Of a stretch of 64,000 nucleotides of DNA, positions 59,939 to 64,000 are shown piece by piece. The first letter of the stretch is position 1. Every line of letters begins with the position of its first letter. Source of the stretch: Macrostomum lignano (lineage: Eukaryota); the NCBI GenBank assembly GCA_002269645.1, contig NIVC01000070.1:992001-1056000 (forward strand), written 5' to 3'. The position numbers and the translations under genes are program-made. Below the pieces are notes generated by a model. That model was not told where the DNA came from, searched no databases, and saw only the letters and a program-made list of their open reading frames with translations.

Positions 59939-62335
59939 CTGACTCTCCGACTGTCTGACTATCCGACTGTCTGACTCTCCGACTGTCTGACTCTCTGACT
60001 GTCTGACTGTCTGACTATCCGACTGTCTGACTATCCGACTGTATGACTCTCCGACTATCTGACTCTCTGACTGTCTGACTGTCTGACTCTCCGACTGTCT
60101 GACTCTCCGACTGTCTGACTCTCTGACTGTCTGACTCTCCGACTGTCTGACTCTCTGACTGTCTGACTCTCCGACTGTCTAAGTCTCTGACTGTATGACT
60201 CTCCAACTGTCTGACTATCCGACTGTATGACTCTCGACTGTCTGACTCTCCGACTGTCTGACTCTCTGTCTGACTGTCTGACTATCTGACTGTATGACTG
60301 TCTGGCTATCTGACTGTATGACTCTCCAACTGTCTGACTATCCGACTGTATGACTCTCGACTGTCTGACTCTCCGACTGTCTGACTCTCTGTCTGACTGT
60401 CTGACTATCTGACTGTATGACTGTCTGACTATCTGACTGTATGACTCTCCGACTGTCTGACTCTCCGACTGTCTGACTCTCCGACTGTCTGACTCTCTGA
60501 CTGTCTGACTCTCCGACTGTCTAAGTCTCTGACTGTATGACTCTCCGACTGTCTGACTCTCCGACTATCTGACTCTCCGACTGTCTGACTATCCGACTGT
60601 ATGACTCTCGACTGTCTGACTCTCCGACTGTCTGACTCTCTGTCTGACTGTCTGACTATCTGACTGTATGACTGTCTGGCTATCTGACTGTATGACTCTC
60701 CGACTGTCTGACTCTCTGACTGTCTGACTCTCTGACTGTCTGACTCTCTGACTGTCTGACTCTCTGACTGTATGACTCTCCGACTATCTGACTCTCCGAC
60801 TGTATGACTCTCCGACTGTCTGACTCTCCGACTATCTGACTCTCCGACTGTATGACTCTCAGACTATCTGACTCTCTGACTATCTGACTCTCTGACTGTA
60901 TGACTCTCCGACTATCTGACTCTCTGACTATCCGACTGTATGACTCTCCGACTGTCTGACTCTCTGACTGTATGACTCTCCGACAGTCTAAGTCTCTGAC
61001 TGTATGACTCTCCGACTGTCTGACTCTCCGACTATCTGACTCTCCGACTGTCTGACTATCCGACTGTATGACTCTCGACTGTCTGACTCTCCGACTGTCT
61101 GACTCTCTGTCTGACTGTCTGACTATCTGACTGTATGACTGTCTGGCTATCTGACTGTATGACTCTCCGACTGTCTGACTCTCCGACTGTCTGACTCTCT
61201 GACTGTCTGACTCTCTGACTGTCTGACTCCCTGACTGTATGACTCTCCGACTATCTGACTCTCCGACTGTATGACTCTCTGACTGTCTGACTCTCTGACT
61301 GTCTGACTCTCCGACTATCTGACTCTCCGACTTTCTGACTCTCCGACTGTCTGACTCTCCGACTATCTGACTCTCTGACTGTATGACTCTCCGACTGTCT
61401 GACTCTCTGACTATATGACTCTCCGACTATCTGACTCTCTGACTGTATGACTCTCCGACTATCTGACTCTCTGACTATCCGACTGTATGACTCTCCGACT
61501 GTCTGACTCTCTGACTGTCTGACTCTCCGACTATCTGACTCTCCGACTTTCTGACTCTCCGACTGTCTGACTCTCCGACTGTCTGACTATCCGACTGTAT
61601 GACTCTCGACTGTCTGACTCTCCGACTGTCTGACTCTCTGTCTGACTGTCTGACTATCTGACTGTATGACTGTCTGGCTATCCGACTGTATGACTCTCCG
61701 ACTGTCTGACTCTCCGACTGTCTGACTCTCTGACTGTCTGACTCTCTGACTGTCTGACTCTCTGACTGTATGACTCTCCGACTATTTGACTCTCCGACTG
61801 TATGACTCTCCGACTGTCTGACTCTCCGACTATCTGACTCTCCGACTGTATGACTCTCAGACTATCTGACTCTCTGACTATCTGACTCTCTGACTGTATG
61901 ACTCTCCGACTATCTGACTCTCTGACTATCCGACTGTATGACTCTCCGACTGTCTGACTCTCTGACTGTCTGACTCTCCGACTATCTGACTCTCCGACTT
62001 TCTGACTCTCCGACTGTCTGACTCTCCGACTATCTGACTCTCTGACTGTATGACTCTCCGACTGTCTGACTCTCTGACTATATGACTCTCCGACTATCTG
62101 ACTCTCTGACTGTATGACTCTCCGACTATCTGACTCTCTGACTATCCGACTGTATGACTCTCCGACTGTCTGACTCTCTGACTGTCTGACTCTCCGACTA
62201 TCTGACTCTCCGACTTTCTGACTCTCCGACTGTCTGACTCTCCGACTATCTGACTCTCTGACTGTATGACTCTCCGACTGTCTGACTCTCCGACTGTCTG
62301 ACTCTCCGACTGTCTGACTCTCCAACAGTCTGATT
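59939..62335. repeat. 8/16-bp satellite (ctgactct / ccgactgt) with higher-order blocks, about 2.4 kb, DPYD upstream intron
   Basis: Direct; the variant block actctcgac...ctggctat recurs near 60230, 60605, 61075 and 61605. Confidence 0.96.
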
Positions 62336-63034
62336 CTCCACAGATCGTTGGGAATCTTTGGGAATTTGCAAATTTATATGGAAAGAGTTGGAAAAATTTT
62401 CCTGATCCAGACGCCAGCGGTAGATGCTACTCAAGTCTGCGGAAACTCAGAACTCTGTCACAAGCACCTGGTGCAATGCAGGCATATTCGGCTTAGCAAT
62501 TGTGAATGAAGGGTGGCGAGAAAGCGGGCAGGCGCTTCCTGTGTTGAAGCGGTGCCTCTCCTGAATCTGCAATTAAGTCGGCTGCGAATAATTCGTAGGC
62601 GTTGGCGGCAGCTGGGATTGAAGAAAGCGCATGTCCGCTCAGGGGATTAGCGGCAGTGGGGGGGGGGGTTGGTGACCAAGGCGATCTTGAACAGGAATTT
62701 GGAGTAGGCCAACTCCCCATGCTGCTCAAAGACTTTTGCAGGGGTTTAGGTCAGAAACTCACAGGCCGTAAGTCGGAATCATGGGCATTAGAAGGACACT
62801 ACAAGCGTACACTCGCGAATCTTTAGATTATAGATTAGCTCTTTTGCGTAGCGCTAAATGAGGTTTTTCCATAGACAAGTTGAGTTGAGAAATATTCGCG
62901 CTAGAAAAAGACGCAAAAGAGATAAGAACAACAGAAATCTCGCCGGAGCCATGCTTGCTTGCCGGGCCAAAGTGGGAATAAAAACGTTTCTGCAGTCTAT
63001 GGCCGGGCCCAAGGGAGGATTAGATAAAATTCTG

Positions 63035-63745
63035 TAGTCTATGGCCAGGCTCAAGTGAGGAATAATTACAGCTCTGTAGTCTATGGCCAGGCTCAAGTGA
63101 GGAATAAATACAGCTCTGTAGTCTATGGCCAGGCTCAAGTGAGGAATAAATACAGCTCTGTAGTCTATGGCCAGGCTCAAGTGAGGAATAAATACAACTC
63201 TGTAGTCTATGGCCAGGCTCAAGTGAGGAATAAATACAGCTCTGTAGTCTATGGCCAGGCTCAAGTGAGGAATAAATACAGCTCTGTAGTCTATGGCCAG
63301 GCTCAAGTGAGGAATAAATACAACTCTGTAGTCTATGGCCAGGCTCAAGTGAGGAATAAATACAGCTCTGTAGTCTATGGCCAGGCTCAAGTGAGGAATA
63401 AATACAGCTCTGTAGTCTATGGCCAGGCTCAAGTGAGGAATAAATACAACTCTGTAGTCTATGGCCAGGCTCAAGTGAGGAATAAATACAGCTCTGTAGT
63501 CTATGGCCAGGCTCAAGTGAGGAATAAATACAGCTCTGTAGTCTATGGCCAGGCTCAAGTGAGGATTAAATACAGCTCTGTAGTCTATGGCCAGGCTCAA
63601 GTGAGGAATAAATACAACTATGTAGTCTATGGCCAGGCTCAAGTGAGGAATAAATACAACTCTGTAGTCTATGGCCAGGCTCAAGTGAGGAATAAATACA
63701 ACTCTGTAGTCTATGGCCAGGCTCAAGTGAGGAATAAATACAATT
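63035..63745. repeat. 42-bp minisatellite ctctgtagtctatggccaggctcaagtgaggaataaatacag, about 17 copies
   Basis: Direct; the 14-codon period explains the 290-aa ORFs on both strands. Confidence 0.97.
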
Positions 63746-64000
63746 CCATAGAGCAGAGCTTACAAAAGTTGGTTCAAGCTAATAGAGGTTTTTGTTATTA
63801 TATGTATATTCATAAGTTATATTTACTCAGTCAAGGAAAAGTTCGCCTCTCCGGATTTCGGGTCCTGTCCTCCTTGACTAGTCCTCGGGGACTTAGCAGC
63901 TCCCTATCCAATATTTTCTCTTCCTCTCACTGACCCTCGCTTTTTGGTTTTTTTATTCGATTTTAAAGAAGAATTTTTCACTTCGCACAGGGGAAATCTG

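Noticed and set aside
60015-62434. Ser/Arg/Glu-rich ORFs resembling SR or repetitive structural proteins
   Set aside because: Translation of the 8/16-bp satellite.
62854-63933. Overlapping 290-aa ORFs on both strands
   Set aside because: A 42-bp (14-codon) tandem repeat with no non-repetitive coding context; near-alternative starts only.

Overview
Eukaryotic (animal) genomic DNA with spliceosomal introns and no prokaryotic features. GC-rich exons with Ala/Ser/Gly runs and minisatellite-filled introns suggest a Macrostomum-like flatworm; this is inference only. Four conserved protein-coding genes could be assembled exon by exon with consistent GT-AG phases: PSME4/PA200 (minus, 5' part, runs off the left edge), a TMEM86/YhhN lysoplasmalogenase (minus), RSF1 (plus, complete) and the last three exons of DPYD (minus). 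There are two intact tRNA-Glu genes (TTC and CTC). The 12-39 kb interval is transposon debris: hAT MITEs with 8-bp TSDs, a CCC-ended MITE, a MULE-like element with 191-bp TIRs, a cluster of Helitron-like elements with a head-to-tail CTAG|TC junction, and a decayed gene with a BEN-like domain. Two tRNA-derived SINEs lie in PSME4 introns. The most notable points are: (1) most introns carry their own private minisatellite, often abutting a splice site; (2) PSME4 and TMEM86 each open at a phase-0 splice acceptor with no located upstream ATG exon, which fits a start codon donated by the AUG-terminated flatworm spliced leader and a possible TMEM86-PSME4 operon. All family assignments come from recalled protein and element features, not from database searches.
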